Origin: a virus
Taxonomy: Duplodnaviria; Caudoviricetes
Reading direction: 5' to 3' (one strand)
DNA: 64,000 nucleotides
IMG/VR virus record: IMGVR_UViG_3300048854_000134
Location: 5,225-69,224 of that record
In this document: one piece after another, positions 16,117 through 25,258 of the stretch
Position numbering within the stretch: position 1 is the first letter of the stretch
Layout of the letters: every line of letters begins with the position of its first letter
Made by a program: the position numbers and the translations under genes
Notes under the pieces: generated by a model
Told to the model about the DNA's origin: nothing
Seen by the model: the letters and a program-made list of their open reading frames with translations, nothing else
Databases searched by the model: none

Positions 16117-16152
16117 AAAGCCGTTACGTGCGTCAACACGTAACGGCCTTTT
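16117..16152 (+). terminator. 11-bp perfect hairpin between the two secreted-protein genes
   Basis: GCCGTTACGTG-cgtcaa-CACGTAACGGC then CTTTT. Confidence 0.65.
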
Positions 16153-16179
16153 CCAACCACGCCCGACGGGAGCGTCACC

Positions 16180-16713
16180 ATGAAAACAAGTCTCATAGCA
16201 GTCGCTATTTTAGCACTAGGAATCGCCGGACACGCGCAAGCGCAATCGACATCAACCGCGCAGCAGACCAGCACGTCGCAGTCGGTCGCACAGGGAACCA
16301 TCCAGTTCTCGCAGACGCCGGCGGACACGCATGTGTCGGAGACCGTTCGCAATGTCAGCGCTCCGATCCTTGGCGCGTACGCATCGAGCTTCAGCCAGAT
16401 GAACTGCTCGAGCACGACGCAGGGCGGCTTTTCGATTGCCGGATTTAGCGGGGCGCTGGGTTCGAGCAAGGACAGCCATTCATGCGTGCTCGAAGTTGCG
16501 GCCGCCGAGATCACGCGTCAGGCGACGGTGACGGAAGACCCGGTAACCAAGGTCTGGATGGGAAAAGCAGCGATGAATATCCGGTGCCGGATCTCGCCGG
16601 AAGTGCACGACGCGCTCGAAGAAGCCGGCTACCCATGCGGCAAAAACGTTCCGGCGGAAATGAAATCCCGCACCGACGATCAGCCTGCGAGCACACGGGT
16701 AGCGGGCAACTAA
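16180..16713 (+). CDS. Secreted protein with four cysteines
   Basis: GGGAG RBS; Sec signal ending GHAQA; SAP.L..S..NC..GG.S.AGFSG..G..KDS..C...C...AL..AGYPC. Confidence 0.85.
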   Translation: MKTSLIAVAILALGIAGHAQAQSTSTAQQTSTSQSVAQGTIQFSQTPADTHVSETVRNVSAPILGAYASSFSQMNCSSTTQGGFSIAGFSGALGSSKDSHSCVLEVAAAEITRQATVTEDPVTKVWMGKAAMNIRCRISPEVHDALEEAGYPCGKNVPAEMKSRTDDQPASTRVAGN

Positions 16714-16715
16714 GG

Positions 16716-16802
16716 GTGGTTCGGCCCGTCGCTTACTTCGTACTTTGTTGCGCGGCGGTGATTGTTTCAATCGTGCTCTCGACAACTGGAGTCCTGAAAT
16801 GA
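16716..16802 (+). CDS. 28-aa hydrophobic micro-protein
   Basis: GTG start 2 nt after the upstream stop; stop overlaps the next ATG. Confidence 0.35.
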   Translation: MVRPVAYFVLCCAAVIVSIVLSTTGVLK

Positions 16803-17071
16803 AATTGGCATATTGGTTTTTCGCACGTAGTGACCGCCGTCGGGCGCGTGAGTTTTTGCAGCAAATCTGCGACGAGCGCATTGCGGCCCGTCGTGCGCTT
16901 GATGACGCGACGCGTCGCGCCGATCGCGCTCTCAAAGATGCACAAGCGCTCGAGCAAGAACAGTTTCGTCAAGAGTTCTTTGGTCGGCGTAATCCGGTCG
17001 GTGCCGCATTCACCCCGTGCAATCCGTGGGTGTGCGTGCTTCCGAAGGGATTCTTTCGGAGCGAAGCGTGA
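16799..17071 (+). CDS. Arg-rich helical hypothetical protein
   Basis: GGAG RBS; RSDRRRAREF...RRA.D.A.RRA. Confidence 0.7.
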   Translation: MKLAYWFFARSDRRRAREFLQQICDERIAARRALDDATRRADRALKDAQALEQEQFRQEFFGRRNPVGAAFTPCNPWVCVLPKGFFRSEA

Positions 17072-17193
17072 CCACGCTTTTCCTGATCTTGAAAGTGTGG
17101 CTTATCGCCAGCGTGCCGATTGCTTTTTACCTCGGCCATTTCATCCGGATTAACCGCCATGCAAACACTTCGTCGTCTCAGCAAACTATCTGA
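17068..17193 (+). CDS. 41-aa single-TM micro-protein
   Basis: GTGA overlap; TLFLILKVWLIASVPIAFYLG. Confidence 0.4.
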   Translation: MTTLFLILKVWLIASVPIAFYLGHFIRINRHANTSSSQQTI

Positions 17194-17314
17194 CGCTCAT
17201 CCGCTGCTGAGTATCGCAGTCGGACTGATCGTGATCGTCGTATTCGGCTTGGTGTTGCTCCCTGCCGATCCGCCGCAGATCGATGCCGTAGCGCATTCGC
17301 GGAGTGCCACGTAA
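17159..17314 (+). CDS. 51-aa single-TM micro-protein
   Basis: LLSIAVGLIVIVVFGLVLL; TAATG overlap with the next gene. Confidence 0.5.
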   Translation: MQTLRRLSKLSDAHPLLSIAVGLIVIVVFGLVLLPADPPQIDAVAHSRSAT

Positions 17315-18114
17315 TGAGCAACCTCACGATCCGCGCGTCTGCTTTCGGTGGCTTCTTCGATTGCGGTTACCGCTTCGAGGGCGAGCACTTACTCGGCATT
17401 CGCAAGCCGGCTGGTTTGCGCGCGTTGCTCGGCACTGGTGTTCATGCCGGTACCGCGACGTTCGACGCGGCCCGCTTGCGCGGCGAGGACATCCAACCAG
17501 ATGATGCGGCCGGCGCGTTCATCGACGCCTTGCATCATCCGGAGTACGACACCGACTTCTCGAATGACAACATCAAGTTCGCCGAAGCGGAACGGATCGG
17601 CTTGACGCTGACCACTCGGTACTGCACTGAGGTGGCGCCGACGTTCAACTACGTCGCCGTAGAGATGAAGCTGGAGCCGCTGGTAATCGACTGCGGCGGC
17701 GGTACCACGATCACGTTGACAGGAACGATGGACCGGGCGCGAGTTGCGGACACCGACGAAGGCGAAGTCATTCCCGACGTGAAGACGGGCGCACGCGTGG
17801 TGAGCAATGGCGAAGCGAGCATCAAAGCCCGATCGGCGCAGACGGGCACGTATCAGCTTATGTACGAGCACACGACGCACAAGCGAACCGCGGGAGCGCA
17901 AATCATCGGACTCGGAACGTCATCGAAGACACCGATCGCTGTCAGCCCCGTGTTTGACGCCCGCCGCGTGCTGATCGGAACCGATGAAGCGCCAGGCCTT
18001 ATTCAACTCGCTGCAGACATGTTCCGCGCGGGGATCTTTCCACCAAACCCAAGCAGCCCCCTGTGCAGCAAGACGTATTGCGCGCGCTGGAACACCTGCA
18101 TTTATCACGAGTAA
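17314..18114 (+). CDS. PD-(D/E)xK exonuclease, Cas4/AddB-like four-Cys arrangement
   Basis: GTMD..DVKTG, Q...Y; one N-terminal Cys plus C-terminal CSKTYCARWNTC. Confidence 0.85.
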   Translation: MSNLTIRASAFGGFFDCGYRFEGEHLLGIRKPAGLRALLGTGVHAGTATFDAARLRGEDIQPDDAAGAFIDALHHPEYDTDFSNDNIKFAEAERIGLTLTTRYCTEVAPTFNYVAVEMKLEPLVIDCGGGTTITLTGTMDRARVADTDEGEVIPDVKTGARVVSNGEASIKARSAQTGTYQLMYEHTTHKRTAGAQIIGLGTSSKTPIAVSPVFDARRVLIGTDEAPGLIQLAADMFRAGIFPPNPSSPLCSKTYCARWNTCIYHE

Positions 18115-18127
18115 TAGGAGCTTAGGA

Positions 18128-19312
18128 ATGAACGCACCCGCACAGCCGCGCACGCTTTCAGATGTTGCGCAAAAGCCGTTGTCGGCAATGAGTGACATCA
18201 CGGTCAACATGTTTTCGGCGCAGGGCTTTGCATTAGCACAGCGCATCGCCACCGCGTTCGCATCAAGCGATGCAGTACCCGCACAGTTCCGCTCTCACGT
18301 TGAGAAGCGTAATGGCGATGGCACGAACGTCTGGGTCGAGAATCCGGCTGCGATCGGAAACTGTCTTGTTGCGATCGAAGTGGCGCAGGCCGTGGGTATG
18401 TCGGTGACAGCGGTAATGCAGAACGCCGACGTAATCGAAGGAAAGCTGCGGTGGTCGGGTAAGTTCGTGATCGCTGCGATCAATGCGTCGCGCCGCTTCA
18501 CTCCATTGCGCTTCGACATCGAGAACCTTGGCGTTATTACTGCCGCATATAAAGAGAAGGGTACGTGGAACAAAGAACTGCGACGCTACAACATGATCGA
18601 GAAATCGGTCGAATTTGAAAACCTTAAGTGCGTCGCCTGGGCGATTCCTGCTGGGATCGCGATGCCTCCGCGTATTTACACATTGGCGCAAGCACGCGAG
18701 GCCGGTTTGCCAGTCATCGAATCCGCACCCGTGTCGATCAAGTTGGCGGTCGAGGAAGGCTGGTATTCGAAACCTGGCAGCAAATGGCAAACCGAGCTTA
18801 AGCACTTGATGCTGCAGTACCGTGCCGGCACGTTCTTCGGAAACATCCATGCGCCCGACATCGTCATGGGTATGGGCCGGACAACCGAGGAAGCGATCGA
18901 CACGATCGAGGCAGTACAGCAGCCCGATGGATCTCTCGCAGTCGATGTTGACGCCCTGCGCGCAGCATCCATGTCGCCGGCCGCGCGGCGTTCTGAAACG
19001 CAAGCCACCGATGTTCAATCGAAAGACGTTCAGGGGAAACAGGCTGAACCTGCGGCGGCTTCCTCTGACGTTCCAGCCGGCGCCGACGCTTCGGCAGCGT
19101 CGGACTCAAAGGCTCCGCTCAGTGAAGGCCAGATCGCCGAACGCCTCAACTCCGCGACGACGATCGATGCGCTCGACAGCGCGGTGCAGCTCATCGCCGA
19201 TGTTCCGGATCCGGACGCTGAGGTTCGTCTCACCACCATTGCCCAACAGGTACGCGCAAAGCTCGAGCGCGGCAGCCGTCGTACGCGCGGCGCTGGACCG
19301 AGCGTCGAGTAA
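18128..19312 (+). CDS. RecT/Red-beta-like single-strand annealing protein
   Basis: GNCLVAIEVAQAVGM...MQN..VIEGK..WSG; follows the exonuclease; low-complexity linker. Confidence 0.7.
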   Translation: MNAPAQPRTLSDVAQKPLSAMSDITVNMFSAQGFALAQRIATAFASSDAVPAQFRSHVEKRNGDGTNVWVENPAAIGNCLVAIEVAQAVGMSVTAVMQNADVIEGKLRWSGKFVIAAINASRRFTPLRFDIENLGVITAAYKEKGTWNKELRRYNMIEKSVEFENLKCVAWAIPAGIAMPPRIYTLAQAREAGLPVIESAPVSIKLAVEEGWYSKPGSKWQTELKHLMLQYRAGTFFGNIHAPDIVMGMGRTTEEAIDTIEAVQQPDGSLAVDVDALRAASMSPAARRSETQATDVQSKDVQGKQAEPAAASSDVPAGADASAASDSKAPLSEGQIAERLNSATTIDALDSAVQLIADVPDPDAEVRLTTIAQQVRAKLERGSRRTRGAGPSVE

Positions 19313-19342
19313 TCACAGTCCTCACCCACCACCGGAGCAGAT

Positions 19343-20125
19343 ATGTCCTTTGAACGCAGCCGAGAACTGATGGAGTTCGTCCACTTAAACATCCGCCGCG
19401 AGATGCACGGCGATGAAAAGGTAAATGGCATCGACCTGCGCTTCCGCGCAAGCCTGTCGAACGATGTGCTTTCTGAGTTCTCGTCGACGTTGAAGTCGTC
19501 GCTGTATCAACGCGAGGAAACGCCTCAGCAGGATTTTGATCCCGCGACGGTTCCGCTGACGGTCGTGAAAAACCCTGCGATGGGCACGATCAAATGGGAC
19601 TTGCGATACGACATTGCGCGAGTCGTCGTGCATCACGGAGTCGACGGGTCGAGTGATGTCGTGTTCGGGTTGGCGAAGGTCAACAAGTTTGCGATTACCC
19701 CGCAGCAGGGCGGCACCTGCATCGTGGAATTCCGCGTGCAGATCAGCGATCCGGAGGCGATGGATATCGCGAAGCTGAGTGCGGTGATCGGGCAAAACGT
19801 CTTTGTGACGATCGATCCGGAAGGCGGCGAGGAAGAGGAAGACTCTGACAACGGCGGCGGTGCAGGGGACCTCGCCGACTCGATACCCGGTGCCGCATCT
19901 GAGGACCCGATGTACGGCATGGCGAAGGATCTTGTTAAGACGATGAAGAAGGTGACGGTCAGCGGAATCCAGCGGCACCTGAAGATCGGATACGAGCGCG
20001 CAAGTCGATTGATTGAGCAACTGGAAGCAGATGGACTTGTAACCACCGAAGACGACAAGGGAAACCGCACCGCTGTTCAGGAAAAGGCGGCGCGCGGCGG
20101 ACGTCGCCTGGCAGCGGTCGAGTAA
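19343..20125 (+). CDS. Phage protein with C-terminal FtsK-gamma winged helix
   Basis: DPMY..AK..V....KVTVSGIQRHLKIGYERASRLIEQLE..G.V. Confidence 0.85.
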   Translation: MSFERSRELMEFVHLNIRREMHGDEKVNGIDLRFRASLSNDVLSEFSSTLKSSLYQREETPQQDFDPATVPLTVVKNPAMGTIKWDLRYDIARVVVHHGVDGSSDVVFGLAKVNKFAITPQQGGTCIVEFRVQISDPEAMDIAKLSAVIGQNVFVTIDPEGGEEEEDSDNGGGAGDLADSIPGAASEDPMYGMAKDLVKTMKKVTVSGIQRHLKIGYERASRLIEQLEADGLVTTEDDKGNRTAVQEKAARGGRRLAAVE

Positions 20126-20135
20126 CAGTTCAACG

Positions 20136-20213
20136 GGAGTCGCCGGCGGCAATAAGGCGTATGTAGCGCCGATCCCTCTAGGCGCGCTGATCTACGCCGT
20201 GGCCGACGATTCC
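20136..20213 (+). ncRNA. Candidate structured intergenic RNA element
   Basis: Closing stem GGGAGTCG/CGATTCCC, inner stem and two internal hairpins. Confidence 0.35.
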
Positions 20214-20234
20214 CACCCACATAAAGAGAAAATT

Positions 20235-22046
20235 ATGCGTATCCAGCACATCACCACCACGAAGTTCGTCGGCGCCGTTGCGATCGACGTTGAGCTCGAC
20301 ACACCCGTCACGATCTTCGCTGGTCGAAATGGCGCTGGTAAGACGAGCCTGAAGCAGGCCATCGATGCGGCTCTGCTCGGCCATATGGGGCGCGTCGCGC
20401 TGAAGAAGGAATATGGATCGGCCATCACCGACGGCTCGAAAAAAGGCAGTGTGATTGTCGAGACAGACGTCGGTACGGCAAGCTTCACGCTCCCCGATGG
20501 CAAGCACACGGGCTTGACCACCTATCTCGGCGCGCTGCCATACACGTTGAATCCTGCACGTTTCGGTGCCGCCAGCACAGATGATCGCCGCACTTTTCTC
20601 TATGAACTGACCGGACTGAAGGCCACGCCGGAGATAGTGCGTGGTCTGTTGAAAGATCGGAAATGCGAGGAAAAGCGCATCGAGACCGTGATGCCGATGT
20701 TGCGTGCCGGTTTTCCGGCGGGCGTGAAGTTCGCCGAAGACAAGGCGCGTGAAGCGAAGGGCGCCTGGAAGGCAGTGACGGGCGAGCAGTGGGGGCGCGA
20801 GAAGTCGGATGGTTGGGAAGCGGAGGTGCCGGCATTCGACGCGAAACAACACGCTGCCGTCACCAAGCAGATCGGGGACGCTGAAGTGGTTCTGCAGGAT
20901 GCAAACCGCGAATTCGGTGCACTGGAAGAAAAGCATCGCGCGTACGCGACAACGCGGGCCGCTCACGAAAAGAATGTTGAGGCGGCGCGCGGTCTGGATC
21001 GGCTGACCAAGAAGCTCGAGTTCGATCAAGCAGAATTGCTCAAAGCCGAACAGGCGCTCGCTGCCGCGCAGGAACGCGCTGGCGCCGCGCCGCGCGAGGG
21101 GTTGGTTCACGAGCTGGCGGACGCGGTCGGCGCGTTCTCGACGATCATCGCCGACAGCACGGGCGTTGTTCAATCGAGCACCGGAGCAGTTATTTCGTGG
21201 GATAGCTTCGACCTTAGTCAAATAGCTGATTCGCTCGAAGCGTACGAAAAGCAACACGGCGCACTGGGCGCGGCCGGTGACGTCGGCGCTCGCGAACAGA
21301 TCCCAGCGCTCACGGTCGCACGCGACACCATGCAGCGGTCCGTCAAGAACGACGAACGCGATATCGCCGTCGCGCGCGCCGCGCAAGAAGCGCTCAAGTT
21401 GACGTCCGACCTTGTTCCCGTGACGGATGAAGCTCTCACTGAGCTGCGTGGAAAGGTATCGGAAGCATCAAATCTGCTGCGTAACTTGCGCGCGAGTCTG
21501 GACAAGCTCGACACGGCGCGGCGTGCTGCAGAGGCCGCAACGGCCCATACGAAGAAAGCTGCGGAGCACCACGAGGACGTCATCGCCTGGCTTGATATCG
21601 CCGATGCTCTTTCGCCGGATGGCATCCCCGGCGACATGCTCGCCAAGGTGCTCGAGCCGATCAATCAAAAGCTCAATGACTTTGCGCACTTCGCCGCGTG
21701 GGCAGTGCCATGGATCGACAGCGATATGACGCTCCGGGCCGGTAAGCGCCCGTATGGGCTGCTGTCCGAAAGCGAGCAATACCGGGTTGATGCACTGCTC
21801 GCGCTGACCATCGCCGTGCTGTCTGAAACGAAGCTTGTTGCCTTCGATCGCTTCGATGTGCTCGATCTGCCTGGCCGTGGCGACTTGCTTGCGCTGCTGG
21901 ATGACATGGCAACGCAAGGAGAGATCGAAACCGCACTCGTTTTTGCCACCCTCAAGAAAGTGCCGGAAGGCCTCAACGACACGATGCGTGCGCACTGGAT
22001 CGCCGACGGCGAGCTGGTGAGTGCAGATGCCGCTGTCGCCGCTTGA
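20235..22046 (+). CDS. SMC/SbcC-like ATPase
   Basis: GRNGAGKTS Walker A, long coiled coil, LSESE signature, AFDRFD Walker B-like. Confidence 0.88.
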   Translation: MRIQHITTTKFVGAVAIDVELDTPVTIFAGRNGAGKTSLKQAIDAALLGHMGRVALKKEYGSAITDGSKKGSVIVETDVGTASFTLPDGKHTGLTTYLGALPYTLNPARFGAASTDDRRTFLYELTGLKATPEIVRGLLKDRKCEEKRIETVMPMLRAGFPAGVKFAEDKAREAKGAWKAVTGEQWGREKSDGWEAEVPAFDAKQHAAVTKQIGDAEVVLQDANREFGALEEKHRAYATTRAAHEKNVEAARGLDRLTKKLEFDQAELLKAEQALAAAQERAGAAPREGLVHELADAVGAFSTIIADSTGVVQSSTGAVISWDSFDLSQIADSLEAYEKQHGALGAAGDVGAREQIPALTVARDTMQRSVKNDERDIAVARAAQEALKLTSDLVPVTDEALTELRGKVSEASNLLRNLRASLDKLDTARRAAEAATAHTKKAAEHHEDVIAWLDIADALSPDGIPGDMLAKVLEPINQKLNDFAHFAAWAVPWIDSDMTLRAGKRPYGLLSESEQYRVDALLALTIAVLSETKLVAFDRFDVLDLPGRGDLLALLDDMATQGEIETALVFATLKKVPEGLNDTMRAHWIADGELVSADAAVAA

Positions 22047-22076
22047 AACGTCGTTCAAACCATCCAGAGAACTCAA

Positions 22077-22691
22077 ATGAACCCGATCATTTTCTACGAC
22101 ACCGAGACGACCGGTTTGCCGCAGTGGAGCCTTCCGTCCGAAGATCCGTCGCAGCCGCACATCACGCAACTGGCAGCGGAGCTGTTCGATGAGGATAGCG
22201 GCACCGTGTTGGCGTACATGGACTTCCTCATCAAACCCGAAGGCTGGACCATCCCCGCCGACATCGAGGAACTCACTGGGATCACGAACGAACGGGCAAA
22301 CCTGTTTGGCGTGCCCATCGCCCAGGTGCTGCCGATTTTCCTCGACATGTGGAAGAAGTCGACCATGCGCGTCGCGCACAACGAATCGTTCGACATGCGG
22401 ATGGTCCGCATCGAGTTGATGCGTTCGCTCGCGCACGGCGAGGAATACGCGGACTACTGGAAGGCCGGTCCGGCGTATTGCACGCAAGTCAAGAGCACGA
22501 AGCTTATCAACCTGCCGCCGACCGCAAAGATGCTTGCCGCTGGCCGGAAGAATGCCAAGTCGCCGAACCTCGGCGAAGCATATCGTCACTTCACCGGCAA
22601 GGAACTGCTCGGAGCGCACAACGCAGCGGTCGATCTCGACGGTTGCAAGGCGGTGTACTTCGGTATCAAAGCGGCGATGGCGGCAGTGTGA
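22077..22691 (+). CDS. DEDDh 3'-5' exonuclease (DnaQ-like)
   Basis: FYDTETTG, AHNESFD, AHNA..D. Confidence 0.92.
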   Translation: MNPIIFYDTETTGLPQWSLPSEDPSQPHITQLAAELFDEDSGTVLAYMDFLIKPEGWTIPADIEELTGITNERANLFGVPIAQVLPIFLDMWKKSTMRVAHNESFDMRMVRIELMRSLAHGEEYADYWKAGPAYCTQVKSTKLINLPPTAKMLAAGRKNAKSPNLGEAYRHFTGKELLGAHNAAVDLDGCKAVYFGIKAAMAAV

Positions 22692-23083
22692 AAGTGGTTT
22701 GTCCATATTGCGGCCGCGATGCGGTGCTCGTGAAGGGCACCGTCATCTACCCTCACCGGCAAGACCTATACAGCCGCAACTTTTGGCAGTGCGCGCCTTG
22801 TGATGCCTACGTCGGGACCCACCGCCGCAATAAGAAGCACAAGTTGAACGGTGATGAGCCGCTGGGCCGCCTGGCTAACAAGGAACTGCGCAGAGAGAAG
22901 GTCGCCGCGCACGCGGCATTCGATCCGCTGTGGGTGACCGGAGCAATGCCGCGGCGTGCGGCCTATGAGTGGCTAGCAGCAGCCATCGACGTGCCGTTTG
23001 ACGAATGCCATATCGGATTGTTTGACGTTGACGCGTGCCGCTCGGTCGTGGTGGCCGTTGAGAACAGGAGAGCAACAAAATGA
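22688..23083 (+). CDS. DUF3268-like zinc-finger protein
   Basis: CPYCG..W.C.PCDAYVG.H..LGRLA..AH.AFDPLW..CHIG; GTG start overlapping the upstream stop. Confidence 0.8.
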   Translation: MKVVCPYCGRDAVLVKGTVIYPHRQDLYSRNFWQCAPCDAYVGTHRRNKKHKLNGDEPLGRLANKELRREKVAAHAAFDPLWVTGAMPRRAAYEWLAAAIDVPFDECHIGLFDVDACRSVVVAVENRRATK

Positions 23084-23448
23084 GCACGGACAAGATTCAA
23101 ACCAAGCTGTATGAGCGGGCCGACGGTGCGCTAAAAATCGACGTCGAAACAATGATTGCCGCGGTTCGAAAATACTTCTCGAAGTCTGGGTTCCGTCGTC
23201 TACGTGTCGCTTATGGATATAACGTCGTCATCACAAAGGGCGATGGGCATCCGCTGGATGAAGCCGTCCGAAACGTTCTAAAAAATGCTTCGATCGCGAT
23301 CTCGTACGACCTTCTGCTTGAGTCGCTTTCCAAAGACCTGTTTGAAGCGCAGCAGGTTGAGTGGCGCAAGGCAGAGGTCGAAGCGTTTTTCGAAAAGCTC
23401 GATCGCCTTCGCGAAGACGTCGACGACCTACAAAACCGAGTGGAGTGA
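23080..23448 (+). CDS. Hypothetical protein
   Basis: 122-aa coupled ORF. Confidence 0.7.
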   Translation: MSTDKIQTKLYERADGALKIDVETMIAAVRKYFSKSGFRRLRVAYGYNVVITKGDGHPLDEAVRNVLKNASIAISYDLLLESLSKDLFEAQQVEWRKAEVEAFFEKLDRLREDVDDLQNRVE

Positions 23449-24269
23449 TGGTCATGAGAGAAGACATCGAGAAGGCTCTCATGAGCCAGACCCAAGCGAC
23501 TGCAAAGCAGATTGCAGCGAAGTTCGGCGGCGATCCTGTCGAGGTGGCCAAGGAACTCAACCGGATGCGTGCGGACGGCCGCGTTGAGCGTGAGAAGAAG
23601 CAGGGCGGTGGCAACGAGTATGTGTGGTGGCTGGTGAATGTGAATGCGGAGCAGTCGATGAGGCGGGTGTTCGTAACAGATCAACCGGTCGGCCAACATG
23701 GCGAAGACCATACACCCGCTGATCCGCTTTACGAACCGGCACTTTCGTTGAGCACGCTGCTGCGTGAACTTGCATCCGAGCCAGATTTGCCGACGTCGAG
23801 CACGGTGGCGCCATCGACAGAATCGGAACCGACGTCCGCAGTTGCCGAGGCGCCTGAATTCCGCGAGGTCGACGGATCGATCCGAATCCTTTGCGAGCTG
23901 CTGGGCTTCGACGCTACTGCCACTGATACGCCGATTAAAGACGCGATCGCCGTCGTGGCCAGCCGCGCACAAGCCTCTCTGCAACTGAAGGAATACAACG
24001 AGCGGATCCAAGCGGCGAACGAGAAGCTTCGGTCGAACAATGCCGCGCTCGAGCGTCGCATTGATGAACTGACGATAGTCGACGCGGAGTTCGTGCCACA
24101 CCCGCTATACGTGACAGTAGGTCGCTATTCGCCTCCGAAGCGGCACGCGTCGCTGGAGAAAGCTCAGCGCCGTGCTAACGGGCTCGTTCGCAGCGAGAAG
24201 GAAACGGAAGTACTCGTGTGCGAGCCGGTCGGACGTGTTGTTCGTGGCAGCGAGTGGAGACCGACATGA
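23448..24269 (+). CDS. Winged-helix N-terminus plus coiled-coil phage protein
   Basis: ATAKQIAAKF..V.KELNRM..DG.V; start at ATG 23448. Confidence 0.75.
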   Translation: MVMREDIEKALMSQTQATAKQIAAKFGGDPVEVAKELNRMRADGRVEREKKQGGGNEYVWWLVNVNAEQSMRRVFVTDQPVGQHGEDHTPADPLYEPALSLSTLLRELASEPDLPTSSTVAPSTESEPTSAVAEAPEFREVDGSIRILCELLGFDATATDTPIKDAIAVVASRAQASLQLKEYNERIQAANEKLRSNNAALERRIDELTIVDAEFVPHPLYVTVGRYSPPKRHASLEKAQRRANGLVRSEKETEVLVCEPVGRVVRGSEWRPT

Positions 24270-24457
24270 AGCGCATCACCAAAGACATGGTCGACCGCGG
24301 AGGTTGGCGTTACTGCTGCGTCTGCCGAAAACTCGGTCCGCGCGTGAAGGCGCATTGGCAACATGAAGGACGCGAGTACTGCGATGTGCATAAGCCGTCG
24401 CCGACGCCTGAGACTCTGCCGGAAGGCGCTCGGTCAATGAACCGAGGGGCCGCGTGA
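24266..24457 (+). CDS. Small Cys-rich protein
   Basis: CCVC..YCDVH; ATGA overlap. Confidence 0.6.
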   Translation: MKRITKDMVDRGGWRYCCVCRKLGPRVKAHWQHEGREYCDVHKPSPTPETLPEGARSMNRGAA

Positions 24458-24687
24458 TGGACTTCGATACGTGGTTCACGAAATCATGGGCGCGCGCGAC
24501 GGCCGAGCTAGCGGCAACGGAACCTGCCGAGCGTGAGTTGCCCGAGGGCATCTCCGAGCGCGGCGGTGTCTACTTCGCCGACTGTTGCATTTGCGGAAGA
24601 GAAACCGAACTGCCTGTCGGTATCGATGAAATCCCGATGGTCGGCTATGAACATTACGGCAACTGCGGTCCAAGCTGCTGCCCTTAA
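24454..24687 (+). CDS. Small acidic Cys-rich protein
   Basis: CCICG...NCGPSCCP. Confidence 0.65.
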   Translation: MMDFDTWFTKSWARATAELAATEPAERELPEGISERGGVYFADCCICGRETELPVGIDEIPMVGYEHYGNCGPSCCP

Positions 24688-24697
24688 GGAAAAGGAT

Positions 24698-25258
24698 ATG
24701 AGCACGATCGTGACCAAAGAGCCACCGATGGAGCGCTACAGGCTGCGCGACGCTGCCACATGGGCATGGGCAACTATCGCCCTGCGCGACTATCAGAGGT
24801 CGGCCAACGACGCAACCATCCTGCACGGCGGCGAGATCCTCATCAACAGCGATTTTGGAAACTACGCATATAGCTGGGGAAACATGGGTTGCCCGCTCAA
24901 GCAGTTCCTCTGCGGCCTTGATCGCGGTTACATCATCGACAAACTTGCGAATGGACGCGAGTACGAGTTCGACTTCGACGGATCGGTCGTCCTCGTGAAG
25001 AAGGAGATCATCAAGCAGCGCCGCGAGCACGATCTCGACACTATTGATGCGCGTCTAGCGTGGGAGGAAATTCCGACAGATCGATGCAGTCAAGACATGT
25101 TCATCCACAGACTGTTCGACTGCAAACCGCTTGGTAGAGAACCATGGTGCTTCACGACAACGCGCGAGAAGCCGAGGTTCACCGCTTTCCATAAGCACGT
25201 CTGGCTGCCATTCATCGAGCATTTGCGCGCCGAAATTAGCGACAAGGTGACAGCATGA
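24698..25258 (+). CDS. Conserved-type hypothetical phage protein
   Basis: AAGGA RBS; I.SDFGNY.Y.W...K.FL..LD..Y...KL. Confidence 0.75.
   Translation: MSTIVTKEPPMERYRLRDAATWAWATIALRDYQRSANDATILHGGEILINSDFGNYAYSWGNMGCPLKQFLCGLDRGYIIDKLANGREYEFDFDGSVVLVKKEIIKQRREHDLDTIDARLAWEEIPTDRCSQDMFIHRLFDCKPLGREPWCFTTTREKPRFTAFHKHVWLPFIEHLRAEISDKVTA

Noticed and set aside
17314-18114. Cas4-like nuclease as evidence of CRISPR-Cas
   Set aside because: No array or other cas genes; it sits next to an SSAP as a recombination exonuclease
20178-22706. Long minus-strand ORFs (402 and 412 aa)
   Set aside because: Antisense to the SMC ATPase and exonuclease genes; no recognisable motifs
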